64,000 nucleotides of DNA from positions 186,001 through 250,000 of the forward strand of contig CATNEN010000015.1 in the NCBI GenBank assembly GCA_950097015.1, read 5' to 3'. The notes under the pieces are model-generated. The model worked only from the letters and a program-made list of their open reading frames with translations. It was not told the DNA's origin and ran no database searches. Both the position numbers and the translations under genes were made by a program. Below are positions 11,525-24,288 of the stretch, in pieces (within the stretch, counting starts at the first letter, position 1; every line of letters begins with the position of its first letter). The DNA is from Macrostomum hystrix (lineage: Eukaryota; Animalia; Platyhelminthes).

Positions 11525-14500
11525 TTAGTAATTATCAACTCGACCGCCAGTCAAAAACAGGCGTCCAGGCTTCTGCTCCTGATCTCCACTTTTAGCCTCA
11601 GCTTCTGCTTCCTGATCACTGCCAGAGTTGTGCACTAGGCTGCGAATAAAGCCGCTGAGATCTGAAGCCCGGGAGCGTGGCGATCCCGGAAGGCTTGCAC
11701 TGAAACCACCGCCGCCGAAGGTCGCCCGACGACTACGTATAGAGGCGGATGATGAATCTGTTGCTTGCTTTGAAGACCCGATGACAAACCGCCGCTCTCC
11801 CAGGCCTCGATAGTCGATGCTGCAGCTGTAGCTGTACCTTGTAGTGCGCTTTGCAACCAGCTGGCTTGGCTCTATGGGCTCTGCGGTGCCGACAACACGG
11901 AAGTGACGCAGCGTGCATCCGGAGACAATGGTTTCTGGTAGATAAAACTCGATTGACACCGCATCCGTCAGGGCGCCACCATCGGGAATGATGTCCCCGT
12001 CAGGAAGTCGGATTGTGCAGTTCAACTGCTGCGGCTCTGGACAGCCTGCTGAAAGAAGCAGAATGAGCCGCTTTAGCTTCTAATTGTTGCTTTTGTTGAT
12101 GTTTCATTAGGTTTAATCAAAAGCGAGCTTTTAAATGCGATCTTACCTCGCAACTTGTCGTGTGGCAGCCGGGCCATACGCCAGACAATTCCACGGAGGG
12201 CATCGTCATAGTGAGCCATGCCGGTGCTGACTTTCAACTCTACAGTTTGCGGCTCCGGCTGCTGCGACATCAGCTGCGCGAGGCGCTCCAGCCTGGGCGA
12301 AACGCTCGCAGTCGCAGGCCCGGATGAGGCAGGCTGCCTCAGCTTCGTCTGGAAGTGCTGTAGCCAGTCCTCTGGTACTGGCACTCGAATCTCGATGTCG
12401 CCGGCTGCGGCCGCGGTGCGCCTTCGAAGTGCCTCTCGCTGGACGGTGAGCTCGCAGCAAAAGCTTACCAGGCTGCCATCGCCACAGGCTGCAAAAGTGC
12501 ACGCCAGACCCAGAGGGGGTTCGAGGCGCCAGTCGTAATCGCGACCTGGGATTGTGCGGAATCGCGCCACTTCAATCCGACACGCCATCACTGGCAGGAA
12601 ACGGATAAGTCTCGATTCGTGGTAACTTCTCGATTCGACTCGAGCGTGCAGCTCGGGGTTGCACACAGTGACCCACTCCCCGTCTTCACTGGCATTAGAA
12701 TCGATTGACCGCGCAGCTTCCCGACGTCGCCTGTCGTTCAGTGCTAGTTCGACACAGCGAGGCTCATCGGTTGGAGAGAACACGGCGATGAAGAAAAGAC
12801 GCGTGCGCCATTTGCGGTGCATCACTCGGCCTTCGCGGTCAATCATCGCCTCGAATTCGTCGCGCAGGCTGGCGCAGTAGCTGCTGCTTTCTCTGGCGCA
12901 CTCTGTTGAAGGCAGCGTTGCTTTGCAAGCCGAAACCTTCATCAAGGCATCTTCGATTGCCCAAGCCAAAGACCGGGCCGCGTACTGCTCAGTGTGGCCG
13001 AACTGCAACACAACGGTCTCCAGTGCGGTCGGGCCGCAGGGCTCTTCTCGATCCGCTGGTCGGTTGCCAACAATGACCTGCTGCAGGGACCGCAAAGACC
13101 ACTTGTCTAATCGGCGGTCGTTTTCTGCTTCGTAACTGACCTGGCTGAGCTTGAAGGTGTGCAAGCGGCCCAAGCTTTCAATTAGTCTCAGTGCGTCATC
13201 GCTGACCTGGTGGCACATCTCCAGCTGGACTGCTCTAAGCAGACGCTCTGCGGACTCATCTGAGCAGTCAAAAAGCTGTAAGCTGAACTCATCTGTCATT
13301 CTGACGCGAACCTCAATCCAAGGGTCTGCTCTGGCGGCTTTGCTGCCTCGAAGCCGTGTCCACAGCTGCCAACCTTCTGCTGCGTCATAGGGCGGGTGAA
13401 AAGGCTCCAAGCGACTCTGTTCCAGCTGCATCTGCGTCAACAGGTCTGGCAGGAACACCTCGGCTCCGTGCTCCTCCTCCCGAGTTGACGATCGTCTCAG
13501 TGTGCTGTCGAGGTTCTTGGCGTCAGGCTCTTGCGGCAGCTGAGGTCGAAAATCTGTGTCGAAGGGATTCAATCGGGCCGAGGGCGACGGTTCCTGAATT
13601 TCAGGCTGCTCCCGACTTTCAACAATGGTCTCTAGCAATCCGGGGGGTGACTCCTTCGCCCTGCTGTATTCTGGGCCTGATGTGCCTCCGATCTCGTGGA
13701 CGCTTGCAGTTTCCGCGACAAAATCACAGCTTGCCAGAAATGAGGTCTGGGCATCATATTGTTTAGAAAACACGCAGTTGACCATCGAAGCGCCATCAGA
13801 ATGTTCAGATGATGAAAGTGGGCCATCTTGGTTGGCATCCGCTCCAGGCCGACTGGAATCTTCTGCAAACGGGAGGTGGTTAAAACAAAGTTTTCAACAT
13901 AATTTTCTAGCAGCCTAAGAAGGCTGTCTCTCACCAAAAGTGCACCAGTTGAGCGAAGCTTTGAAGGCAGCCGCGCGCCTTCTGTTCCCAAGCTGCCGTC
14001 CCTGGGCATCTGTCCGTGCATTAAAATCCTGGCGGCCAGTCTCATCTAATTACTTTCCGCTCCTCCTAGCCGTCTGGCCTCAAGAAGTGCGGGCCGGCAC
14101 TTTCCTTCCTATTCTTAGAGCTACTTTGAAGCCAGCGTGAGCGCTCAAGCGTGAAGCCGGACCGCAGCTCGCGCCGACTGCCTTCGTCCCATTTTCGCTC
14201 ATTTCATTTATGCCCCCCCGGTCACTCACTTTTCTCCTCTCACAGTTCAATATTCAACTGGGGGGCATTCGAGCTCGCCCCAATACCCTTCCCATCTCTG
14301 CTGTGCCCGTTCCGTCACATAGGGCTGTGCGGGTGGACTAGGAGCCGATCGATTAGGGTGAGGAGTCCGGGACTGAATTTTAACTGAAATTTCTTCTCTC
14401 CCTTTCAAATAATAACGAGTTCTTCACCCTTGTCTCGACCTCAGGTGTCACTCAAAGTTCTAAGAAGCCTGGAACTTAAGTTGCATTCTCTACCTCTCTA

Positions 14501-15658
14501 TTTGACCCGGCTTTGTCCATCATCTTCACGGTAGAGCAAAGCTTTTAGGTCTACAAAGAATCGAGAGAAGCGATCTGAGATGACCGATATCGGAACCGCA
14601 CCTGTTAGAGCCGCTTCAGACACAGGTGTGACAGTCGGGCCGCCTCCGACGCCTCCGACGGCGAAATTCGACGCATCTTCACTAGGAGCTATAAGCCTTG
14701 CAGCTGGTTCATCGCGTTCGAGATTGACATTTGCTTCACCAGCCATCAAGTTCTCTTCGCGTGCCTCCAAAGTCTCAGCTCGAATCGCGGCTGACTGCGT
14801 TATTGATTCTGGGGCTGCAGCTGGAGAGTCCACTTGATTTAAAACACGCCGCTTTGCATCTTTGCTTTCGTGGGAAGCAGTCAATCCGCTCTCTGTCAGT
14901 GCGCTTGTGAAGAACTCTTGAACAGCTCGGTCTGCTTTTTCAGCTTCAGCTCCGCAACTGCCTGTAGCTGGCTCTTGCTCCACATTGCTTTCATAGCTGC
15001 TCATGCTGAGCTGCTCGTTGATGTCCCTGACAAGTCGTGCTAACTCCTGCGTGGCCTGGAACTGGCACTCCTGGGGCTCCACGGGAAACAGCGTCGCTCG
15101 GATCTGCTCCACGTCGACCTCGGAGCAGCGTCTGCTGGCTGAGCCTCCGCTGCCGCCGCTGCACTCGACCGACTCGCGCCGATAAGATCCGCGACGTTCC
15201 TTTGGTCCGTAGCGAGCCCGACCCAACAGAGTCTTGAATGAGAATCGCGAGTCCCGGTCCGGCATGACGACGTCACGCTCGGAGTACTCCAACGACAGGC
15301 TGCTCGTCCTGAAATCCTCGCGACTCTGGACGTAGGGCGAGCCGAACTCCTCGGCAGCCAGGTAGCTATAGTACACACCCTGCACGTTGCCCCGGTGCTC
15401 ATAAGTCTGCCCGAACTCGAACTCGGTGGCGTCGAAGTCAGTGTTGGGATCGAAACGCCCGGATGTCGGCGGCGTCGGTGACGGCTGCTGCTTGCTACTG
15501 TTTGGACCCTGATGGCTGCCACTGGTGCCCGGCTGGTCTTGCTGCTGTCGCTTCTGCTGTTTTGATTTCCTGCGTCCGAACGGCGGAAGAAAGCTGAAGA
15601 ATCCTTTCTTCTTCTCTCGGCCATCACCGCCGCTGCCGCTGCCACCGGCACTGCTCAT
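11525..15658 (-). CDS. stnB: Stonin / stoned-B-like endocytic adaptor (SHD plus mu-homology domain); exons 14602-15658, 12147-13862, 11525-12048; 1098 aa
   Basis: FSLQLF, LEMCHQVSD, GRLHTFKLSQVSY and AIEDALMKV match the stonin homology domain. ELALND, ELHARVE, CRIEVARFR and GIVWRMARLP match the mu-homology domain. One NPF motif. Junctions G|AA and G|CA are in phase. Confidence 0.88.
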
Positions 15659-16921
15659 GCTTGACCTGCTTCGCGGGTCCTAGCTCACCGCAACAAGAGA
15701 AGCAACTACTTTTCAATTAGCTCTCGCGCTGACCAGCGCTTTCCTACTTCCCTAGGGAAAATAAGAAGGAAAGCAGAAGTTACGAGTAAGTAGATGGCCT
15801 GGGCTGCTTCTGCTCAGAACGGAAGAGTTCCACTCGGGCGGTCTTTGAGCTCAGGGTCGAGGCTCGGACACAGAAGGATGGGGAACAAAGTTTAGCAGGA
15901 GTCCCCTTTCAAAGGCTTCTACGTTCCTGCGTCCTCCTCTCCTCCCCCGAATGGGGAAGAAACGGCAGTGATTCGCAGGGCGGCCCTAGCCCTCCTGCTC
16001 GGACAACCTAATTCTCGAATTCATCGCCTGCCAGACTCGGGTCTAACGAGGCTCTGCTTATCCCGGCCATTCATTTTCCTTTGTTGCGACCGTCCCAGCA
16101 GCTGCTGCCCCCTGGCTGCGGCAGCTCTCCCGGGCCGGGCCATGCTGAACTCGCAGGTAAGCACGGGGAAGCGGTAATTAGCGAGCTGTGGGCACGTGGC
16201 CAGGAATAGAACCAAACTGCTGCGAAAACAGGCCCCGCATGGTAACTCGCACCTGAAGTCTGGGAAACACGTTTGTTGAAAGGCGTGAGTCCAGAGCAAA
16301 AGCTCTTTGACAATGGCCAATACAATAAAACAAGAAAGACAGTCAGAGTCGTCAACATGGAAGCTAAAAATAGCTCACCGGTGCCCAATAGGAATGGTGA
16401 TTAAACTTTAATGGCTGATTTAGAGAGCAACTCCGGGACAGGAAGAGAACAGAACGAGTTCAAAAGATAACTTTTGGAGTGGGGCAGCTGTCGAAAAAGG
16501 AAACTCAGAAATGCTACTAAAATGCGTCTGTAAATTTTCAGATTTGAAGCACGCCCTGCGCGTCGCAGAGTCTGTTCCGGGCATGCCGTGGATCCCGTAG
16601 CCTGAGCTGAGACTTCAAAGGCGCAGCTGTTGCGGGCAGGAAATCTGCAGCAGACGGCAGCGGAGACACCACAGAGAAACAGCAGCGGAGGCCGGGGTGG
16701 CTGGCTGAGGCCTCAAAGGAGCTCCGCATGCGTCCTAATCAGGCCCCGCTAATCACTGGCCTTATCTGCTCTGCCCGGCTGCCCCCAGCGCCCCCACCGC
16801 CTCCCCGTGCCAGTTTTTTCACCTGCAATGGAAGGTGATTGCCTCGCTGAGGACTCTGTCATTTAATCAGCTGCTCTCCGGCCGCCTCGGCTCTCTCGAT
16901 AGTTTCTCGCAATTTTCAGCC

Positions 16922-17877
16922 ATCCCGAACGATTCGCCATTTTCCCGAAATCCCCGGGGCTCAGAGCCTGCGGGATGTTTCTGATCCAATCCCGAACGAT
17001 TCGCCATTTTCCCGAAATCCCCGGGGCTCAGAGCCTGCGGGATGTTTCTGATCCAATCCCGAACGATTCGCCATTTTCCCGAAATCCCCGGGGCTCAGAG
17101 CCTGCGGGATGTTTCTGATCCAATCCCGAACGATTCGCCATTTTCCCGAAATCCCCGGGGCTCAGAGCCTGCGGGATGTTTCTGATCCAATCTCGAACGA
17201 TTCGCCATTTTCCCGAAATCCCCGGGGCTCAGAGCCTGCGGGATGTTTCTGATCCAATCCCGAACGATTCGCCATTTTCCCGAAATCCCCGGGGCTCAGA
17301 GCCTGCGGGATGTTTCTGATCCAATCCCGAACGATTCGCCATTTTCCCGAAATCCCCGGGGCTCAGAGCCTGCGGGATGTTTCTGATCCAATCCCGAACG
17401 ATTCGCCATTTTCCCGAAATCCCCGGGGCTCAGAGCCTGCGGGATGTTTCTGATCCAATCTCGAACGATTCGCCATTTTCCCGAAATCCCCGGGGCTCAG
17501 AGCCTGCGGGATGTTTCTGATCCAATCCCGAACGATTCGCCATTTTCCCGAAATCCCCGGGGCTCAGAGCCTGCGGGATGTTTCTGATCCAATCTCGAAT
17601 GAATCGCCATTTTCCCGAAATCCCCGGGGCTCAGAGCCTGCGGGATGTTTCTGATCCAATCCCGAACGATTCGCCATTTTCCCGAAATCCCCGGGGCTCA
17701 GAGCCTGCGGGATGTTTCTGATCCAATCCCGAACGATTCGCCATTTTCCCGAAATCCCCGGGGCTCAGAGCCTGCGGGATGTTTCTGATCCAATCCCGAA
17801 CGATTCGCCATTTTCCCGAAATCCCCGGGGCTCAGAGCCTGCGGGATGTTTCTGATCCAATCTCGAATGAATCGCCG
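16922..17877. repeat. 67-bp GC-rich satellite, ~14 near-identical copies
   Basis: Unit ATCCCGAACGATTCGCCATTTTCCCGAAATCCCCGGGGCTCAGAGCCTGCGGGATGTTTCTGATCCA recurs with period 67. Confidence 0.97.
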
Positions 17878-19227
17878 TTGCCTGATCCGGTGCGGGCGCG
17901 GTTCTAAGCATCGAATTTCAGTTTTTTACAACAAACGCGTGAGTAGGGAATATACGAGTACGTGTAATACGAGTTAAAATGTGATCCAGAATTTCTCATA
18001 TCAAGACAGAATAATTTTTATGCGGCTTCTGTTAAAGCCATGTACACTACAAGCGAAGTACCCTACTGAACAAGTAGTGTTGTTCGAAGAGTTAATATGG
18101 CCTAAATTCTATAACGCTGCTGGAGCCAGCCGTGCCATCTCACAATTGTAGCCTATTTCCGCATCTGCCCAGCGTCATGCACACTTCCACCTGCAGTTAA
18201 TCAGCCGGCAGCTCAAACTCAAGCCAGTCACGAAGCGAAGTCTGTTTAATCAAGGTCTGCGACCCACCGGAAAGAAGTCTGTGTACTGTACCATCAAAGC
18301 GTTGCAATCGAGATAAGAGTCCCGAATGTGACGGTGAGTGCCGTCTACTGATGCCCCACAGCCCGTGTTAGCACTTTGGTTGCCCACTTCTGCCCTCAGA
18401 GCTGTTACCTAGACTCAATTACTTTCTGACACCTGTCGCCATGTCCAGCGAGATGTTTGGAAGAGAATCCACTTAATTCGCACGCCACTAAAGCCTTTGA
18501 AATGCAAATTAAGAAGGCCTAGAGCTTCATCTGCACATGCAGCGTGAGACGGTGCGGAAACCTACTAGGAATCGAGAGGTATGACTAAGATTAATTAGGG
18601 GTGCCGAGAACCCGCGAGAGAGAAAGACGCTGGACTCGAACCTGATGGCCCGGGAACTCAGGACTGGCGCCAGATGGAAAGTACAGCCTGGAGACTGGCT
18701 CTTGAGTGCGAGTGCTTGCATTGGTCTGTGGCATGTGGGTTGCTCGCTCACTGACTCACTCAGTGGGAAATCTGCAAACACTGCTTTTATACTGAGAGTG
18801 CCTCGAGGCGTGCGACAAAACCTCAGGTGTACTTTTAGAGAAAGCGTCAGTTTTTATGCTGCAGCTTTAAAGCAAGGGAATGGTCCAAAACTATTTTAGA
18901 TTCGTTTTACAGAATTCAGACGCGAATCGAGACAATTGTTTTTTTTTATTTTTAGCAATCGTGCTTAAGCTGATTAGTGACAATAAAGTAGTAGCTCAGC
19001 TGGCTTAGCTCTACACGGTCGATTATCGATTCGATATTCAGCAGCTTGGTTTAGCAGAATGGAGACAAAGTACTTTTTCGGACCAATAGCGCCCGAGCCA
19101 ATGGCAGCGGCCCACTGTCACACTTGGCAAGGATTAAAAACAGGCCGGAGCAGACGAGCCCAGGCGGAAGATCCCAAGTGTAAAATATTAAAAGTGCAGT
19201 CGCTTGAGTAGAAAAGCAGCCATCGCC

Positions 19228-20383
19228 ATGGGTAACGCCACCAACGCCATGTGCACTCGGCACTCGCTGCCGGACTCCCAGCTCCTGGCCGTCGGCTCCC
19301 TGGCCTTCTACGCCACGCTAGGTTTCCTGGGCCTCGTCGGCAATGGTCACGTGATCCTGGTATTTGTTGCCACAGCCAGCCGGGAGCGCAGTCTCAGGTT
19401 CCTGGTCATCGTGCTGTCGTGCACGGACCTGCTGATCTGTGGAGTCATTCTGCCCACGGACTGCTACCGAGTGTACACTGACTACCTGGCGAGTACCAGC
19501 TGGCTCAACCACACTCGGGCGGGTCAGGTGAATCACTGGCTGAGTGCGCTCATCCTGTCCTCGCGGTATGCAGCCTTCGAGATGGAGGCCTGGATTCTTG
19601 TCCTCATCGCTTTTGACAGGTGAGACCCAGGTTTCATACCATCAGGTTTACTAAGAAAACTGAAATCATTCATTTTTATATGCGCGCACGTGTCTACTGG
19701 CTCACAGAGTTAGTGTGCAAAGTCACTTCATTCGAGACGCCACATCCACTGCGCACCTAACCAGGTACTTGTGCATCGTGCGCGCTCGCCAGAGCGGTCT
19801 TAGACTGCGCACAACGCTGGTCACTCTGCTGTTCGGTGGCGTCGCCCTCATCGTTCTAGAGGGTGCAGCCACCCTGGGCCACTACCTGAGCGAGAATCGT
19901 TGTCGCGTGAAGCTCCTAGTCGAGACAAACCTGCAGCGCCTCTACGGAGCTCTCGGAGCGGCCTCCGTGCTGGCAGTGTTCGCGCTCTACGCCAGAATCT
20001 TCGCCTTCGTGGCCGCCAAGGAGCGGAGAAGATCGGCCAGGCGCCAGGAGACGGTCAGAACTCTGCGGGCGCTGTCGGACGCGGCTGAGAAGCCGATGGG
20101 TGAGGTCCGGGCGGCCTCCCTAACCGGAGTGCCTGGCGCGTGGTTTCCGCGCAAGCTCGCGCTGATGCTGTTCGCAGCCAGCCTCCTGTTCTACACTTCC
20201 ATGCTGCCCATGCTGCTCATCAACTTCCGCGTCATTCCCGACTCTCCTCTGCACCGCTTCTTCTACCTGAACGCGGCTCTGAACTTCTTTGTCTATGCGC
20301 TGGTTAATGACAAGTTCAGGACTGAGCTGCTGCTGCTGTACAGTCGCCGGCTCTGTCGGTGTTGCCGTGCGACAGGCTCGTGA
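19228..20383 (+). CDS. Orphan rhodopsin-class (class A) GPCR; exons 19228-19619, 19765-20383; 336 aa
   Basis: Seven hydrophobic segments with GN in TM1, LSCTD in TM2, DRY rebuilt across the intron (GAC AG|G TAC), and NFFVY..VNDKFR in TM7/H8. Confidence 0.88.
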
Positions 20384-23300
20384 AAGCTGCCCATTGGTGA
20401 TCGGGACAGCACCGATGAAATCTCGAGGAGGTTAGCATCGGTGATCGAGTTCGCAGTGAAGCATTTATAGCGCCCACTTTCCCTTCATAGAGCCATAATT
20501 CGCAACCCACTCAACTCGCGTTTTACTCAATATTTTTCATAGCGTAATCTGAGAGCAGTTTTTTGGAGGCCATTTTATGAGCTCTCAGATGAGCTGACCA
20601 TCATGGCCAAGGATCATATATTTGTTGTCGAATGCGATTCACAATGTAATTCTGCTAATCAAAGTAAAACCAAGCATTAAGGTAAATGTTACTGTGATTT
20701 ATCAGCAGAAGCTGCAATCCAAATCTGCCGCGCAAGTCCACCCAGTACAATATAACTCGTAGTGTGCTACTCGAGGCCAGCTATGGGGCAGCAAGCCTAC
20801 AGCACTGAATTACATATTGTAGTGCGTGTGTTTCTCAGGTCGACTGCTCGCCAAGGCCGTTGTGTTTGAGGCCGGTTTCTTTGGCTCTGCCTTGGCCTCG
20901 CCCTTTCTCTCCCTCCTCCCCCGGCCCTGCTCAGGTTGCCCTGTGCCGCCATCTGATTGGCTGGGCGCGGGCACTGTCGGTCAAGCCTTACCCCAGCCCT
21001 GCGTGGCTTTGCCCCTCCCGCCAATCAGCCCTGCGTGGCTTTGCCCGTCCACCCGGCCAGCGCTACCCTACCCCTCCCTGCGCGCTGGTGGCTTGACTCT
21101 GTTTGTGCACCGCCTCCCCTGTCTGCCCCCCTTGATGTCAATATCTGCCCGAGCCGGGGCAACCGCGCTCGCTCCTGCGAACTTCAAGATTCCATCGGTG
21201 AAGACGGCCGCTTACTGCCTCAAGTCTCAAGTTATTTAATACTCGTACAAATAAACTAAATCGAAGTCTGCTGTCATCCTGCGTTCCGACCGGTAAGCGC
21301 AGCATTCGTGTCTTTCCTTTCGGAGTGCCAGGCCTGTACGGAGTATTGTATCTTACTTAGTACTGTACTGTGGGACTATAGTAATTATTCGTATTATACT
21401 TAATAGTACTGTAGGCCGGGGATCCCAAACCTACCACTATCGCTGGGTCACTACAATATTGTTGCTTATTATGCCCGCTGATCAGGAGTCGGATGTGGAT
21501 AAGAAGTGAAGAGATTATGAACGATTGTGAGGCAGACATAATGAGTTGAGCCGTGGCAACTAAGGTTGCGATTTCGGGGCCGGTTTTAACTGGCTCTGTA
21601 ATCGTGTTTAGCCGACTGGGCCGACCCTCCGCCTGTCTGTGCGTGCGGCTCGCGCGTGTGCATCCCTGCCGCAAGGTGGCGGCGTCGGCCCCACTTTTAT
21701 TTCTGCGCTCACGCTCTCTCGTGCGTGCTGCGTGAGCGCTCTGGCTCGTAATTTTTTTTCTGCATTGCCTTTATTCCGTTGCTTCGTGACTTCCTTTTTA
21801 ATCCTTCCTTCCTTTCCTTTTTTAATCCTGACGCCCCAAATCCTAAAATATATTCGCTATCGCAGGACTCGTTCGTCCGCTGCCTTTATCGCCACGCCTG
21901 TGCCTTCCCTCTTGTTGCTTTTGGCCCTGTTGGCTAATGCGCTATTCTTCAGGCTGTACTAAACCATTACTAGAAGCAAGCAGCAATAAATTATTGTCCC
22001 ACTTTCTTTTGCTCAATTGATAAGCTGCAAAAATCGAATAGCAGATCGAAAGCTAAACCCTCCCCAAGTTTGAGTTGACTATACAATATAAGTACTCGGG
22101 CACTCAGGTATCTAATTAACTGCAAAGACCGAAAAGACAAAAGCCAGTTCACAACTGGCTGAGCACTACTCACAACAGGCAGCCATACAAGCTGGCCGCA
22201 CCAACTGCTCATAAACTGCCGTCTTGGTCGTGTACTCATGCATTATTTGGCACCGCTTTGGACTCCCACGGGTGCTGGTAAGTGCTGAGAAGAAACGCGT
22301 TTGCTTCGAGAAAGGTCTGCACGGTCTAATAGACCTCACAGGAGCGGTGGAGGATTCAGGACTAATTTGCGGCAATAGTACAAGCGCCGGCCGTGTAAGA
22401 GCAGCGTCTTACGTGCTGTCAGAGTGACCCTGTGCGTGGCTACTTTGTGTCGATTTTCCGCTCGCCGGAGTCTCATTTCCGGTGACAAGCGCGGCGCGAG
22501 ACAGCGATGGAAGGAGGCGCTGAAGCGTCTCATCTGCAAGCCGCAGCGAAAGGGCGACTCGGAAAGCAGAAAACTGTTTCTCGTGAAACCAAGGCACGCA
22601 AGTCTGTCCCAACTGTCTAGGCACTTTTAAAGTTCTGGTAACTTGGGACCGGATTACCGTGCATAGTTCACTGGAGTTGAACCCAGCTTCAGCACCGAGT
22701 TTGCCGAGTTGGCATTTTAGCTTGGCATTTTAGCATTCTCAAGAGTTCTTTGAGAAAAAACTGGTTGCAACAGCTTTCTCAAGAAATAATAAATAAGTTT
22801 TCTCTGGTCTAAATTACAGGACAGAAGCCAAGCCTCCAAGTTCCATGGTGCGGTACAGTTGCTGAAAGTTACGATTTAAAATAATGCTAGACTATCTTAA
22901 CTTGTACTGCGAAATTCAATGCTTTATAAAAAATTCAATTCTAAGCTATGCTACTATGCTATTAATGCTACTAATTGGCTGAATGAGTAGCATATAAAGT
23001 GTGCTGCCACCGGAATGTATCGAGAAACACAGGCGTCACAGCGGAAACGGCTGACACAGAGTCTGTCTCGCTGACACCAGGAAGCAAGGAAGATGAGCCA
23101 AAGCAAATCACTCTGAATTTTTTCCGTCAGACCAATCCGTCAGATAAATCCGTCAGACCAAACTCCTCCAGATAACTTATGTCAGGCCTCTGTAGACAGG
23201 CCCCGCACTCATGAAACTCGTTCACAAACAGATCAATTTTCAGACAGTTTTCAAGCTGTTTCACCTGACCACAAGGAGCCCATAGATATCTCGTACAGCC

Positions 23301-24288
23301 TTGAGTGGCAGCTCGTCATGACAGCCTTAGACTTACCAAGCAGTGCCAGGAGCTAGTCTGGAAGCCCAGTGCCAGACTTGCTGCTGTTGAAGCTCACGCT
23401 CTTCACCCCTCACCACTTTGAATGTGACCGCATATTCAAGGCATAATGCAATACAATGCAATGCATAACTCACACGGTACATCTGAGTGCTAACAAGAAA
23501 TTATTCATACTTGAAGCATGGAACTCACCCTGCTCAATAGTTGCTCCAATACAAGAGAATGTCTTGGCCCCTTGGTTCGTTTGCAGCTGAGTTGACTACT
23601 GAATTAAAGCCGAGAAAGCATACAAACTTAACTGGAAGTTGAGAAAGCCTTGCAAAACTAGCTCGTACTTTAACTCTTAATTTTTTGGTTCTGCTGCCTC
23701 TCTCTGTCGGACGCCAGGACCAGGACGCTGGGAAGCAGCCCTCTCAGTGTTTTTTAAAACGCCCGCTGCAACAAACTAGAAGAAAGTTTTCCCAGTACCT
23801 GGGTGTCTCTGTAGACTTGATATCAAGACCTGGTAAATTGACAAATCATTTGAGGTCAAGTTGGGTTTTGCAAGTTATTTACGAACAAACTCTAGTGGCT
23901 TTCACTGACACGTTGAAGAGCTCAGTTTATGATGACAATGCACTTTTACTTTACCATTTTCACGTCTCTTTTGCTGCAAAAACAATGCCTGTAGAACAAG
24001 CATATAAGAACTGAATGCCTCTACAGAACACTAACTGAATAGGAAAGTCTAAAAACCCGATGCCGCGTTATGCTTCAGTGGCAGGGTGTTTTGCAGTGGA
24101 ACAACTTTCCCTGCAGGCTCCTGCTTGGCTTTAACAGAAGTTTAAGACCCAAAGACTTTGCAGCTCTTATTGGACAGGAAGGACGCCAGAACAATAAACT
24201 GTGGGAGTTTTAAAAACTTTAACTCAAGCGGCCGTCCCACAAATAGCACCACAATCAGCAGGACTGCACAAACTAGGCCGTAGCGAGA

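Noticed and set aside
16922-17877. Hammerhead ribozyme in the 67-bp unit
   Set aside because: CTGATCC lacks the G8-A9 of CUGANGA and stem III does not pair after GAAA; kept only as a structured-repeat finding.
18334-18361. 28-nt mini-intron-like GTGAGT..CTGAT..CACAG
   Set aside because: Much shorter than the 65-nt minimum intron seen here, and no exon context supports it.
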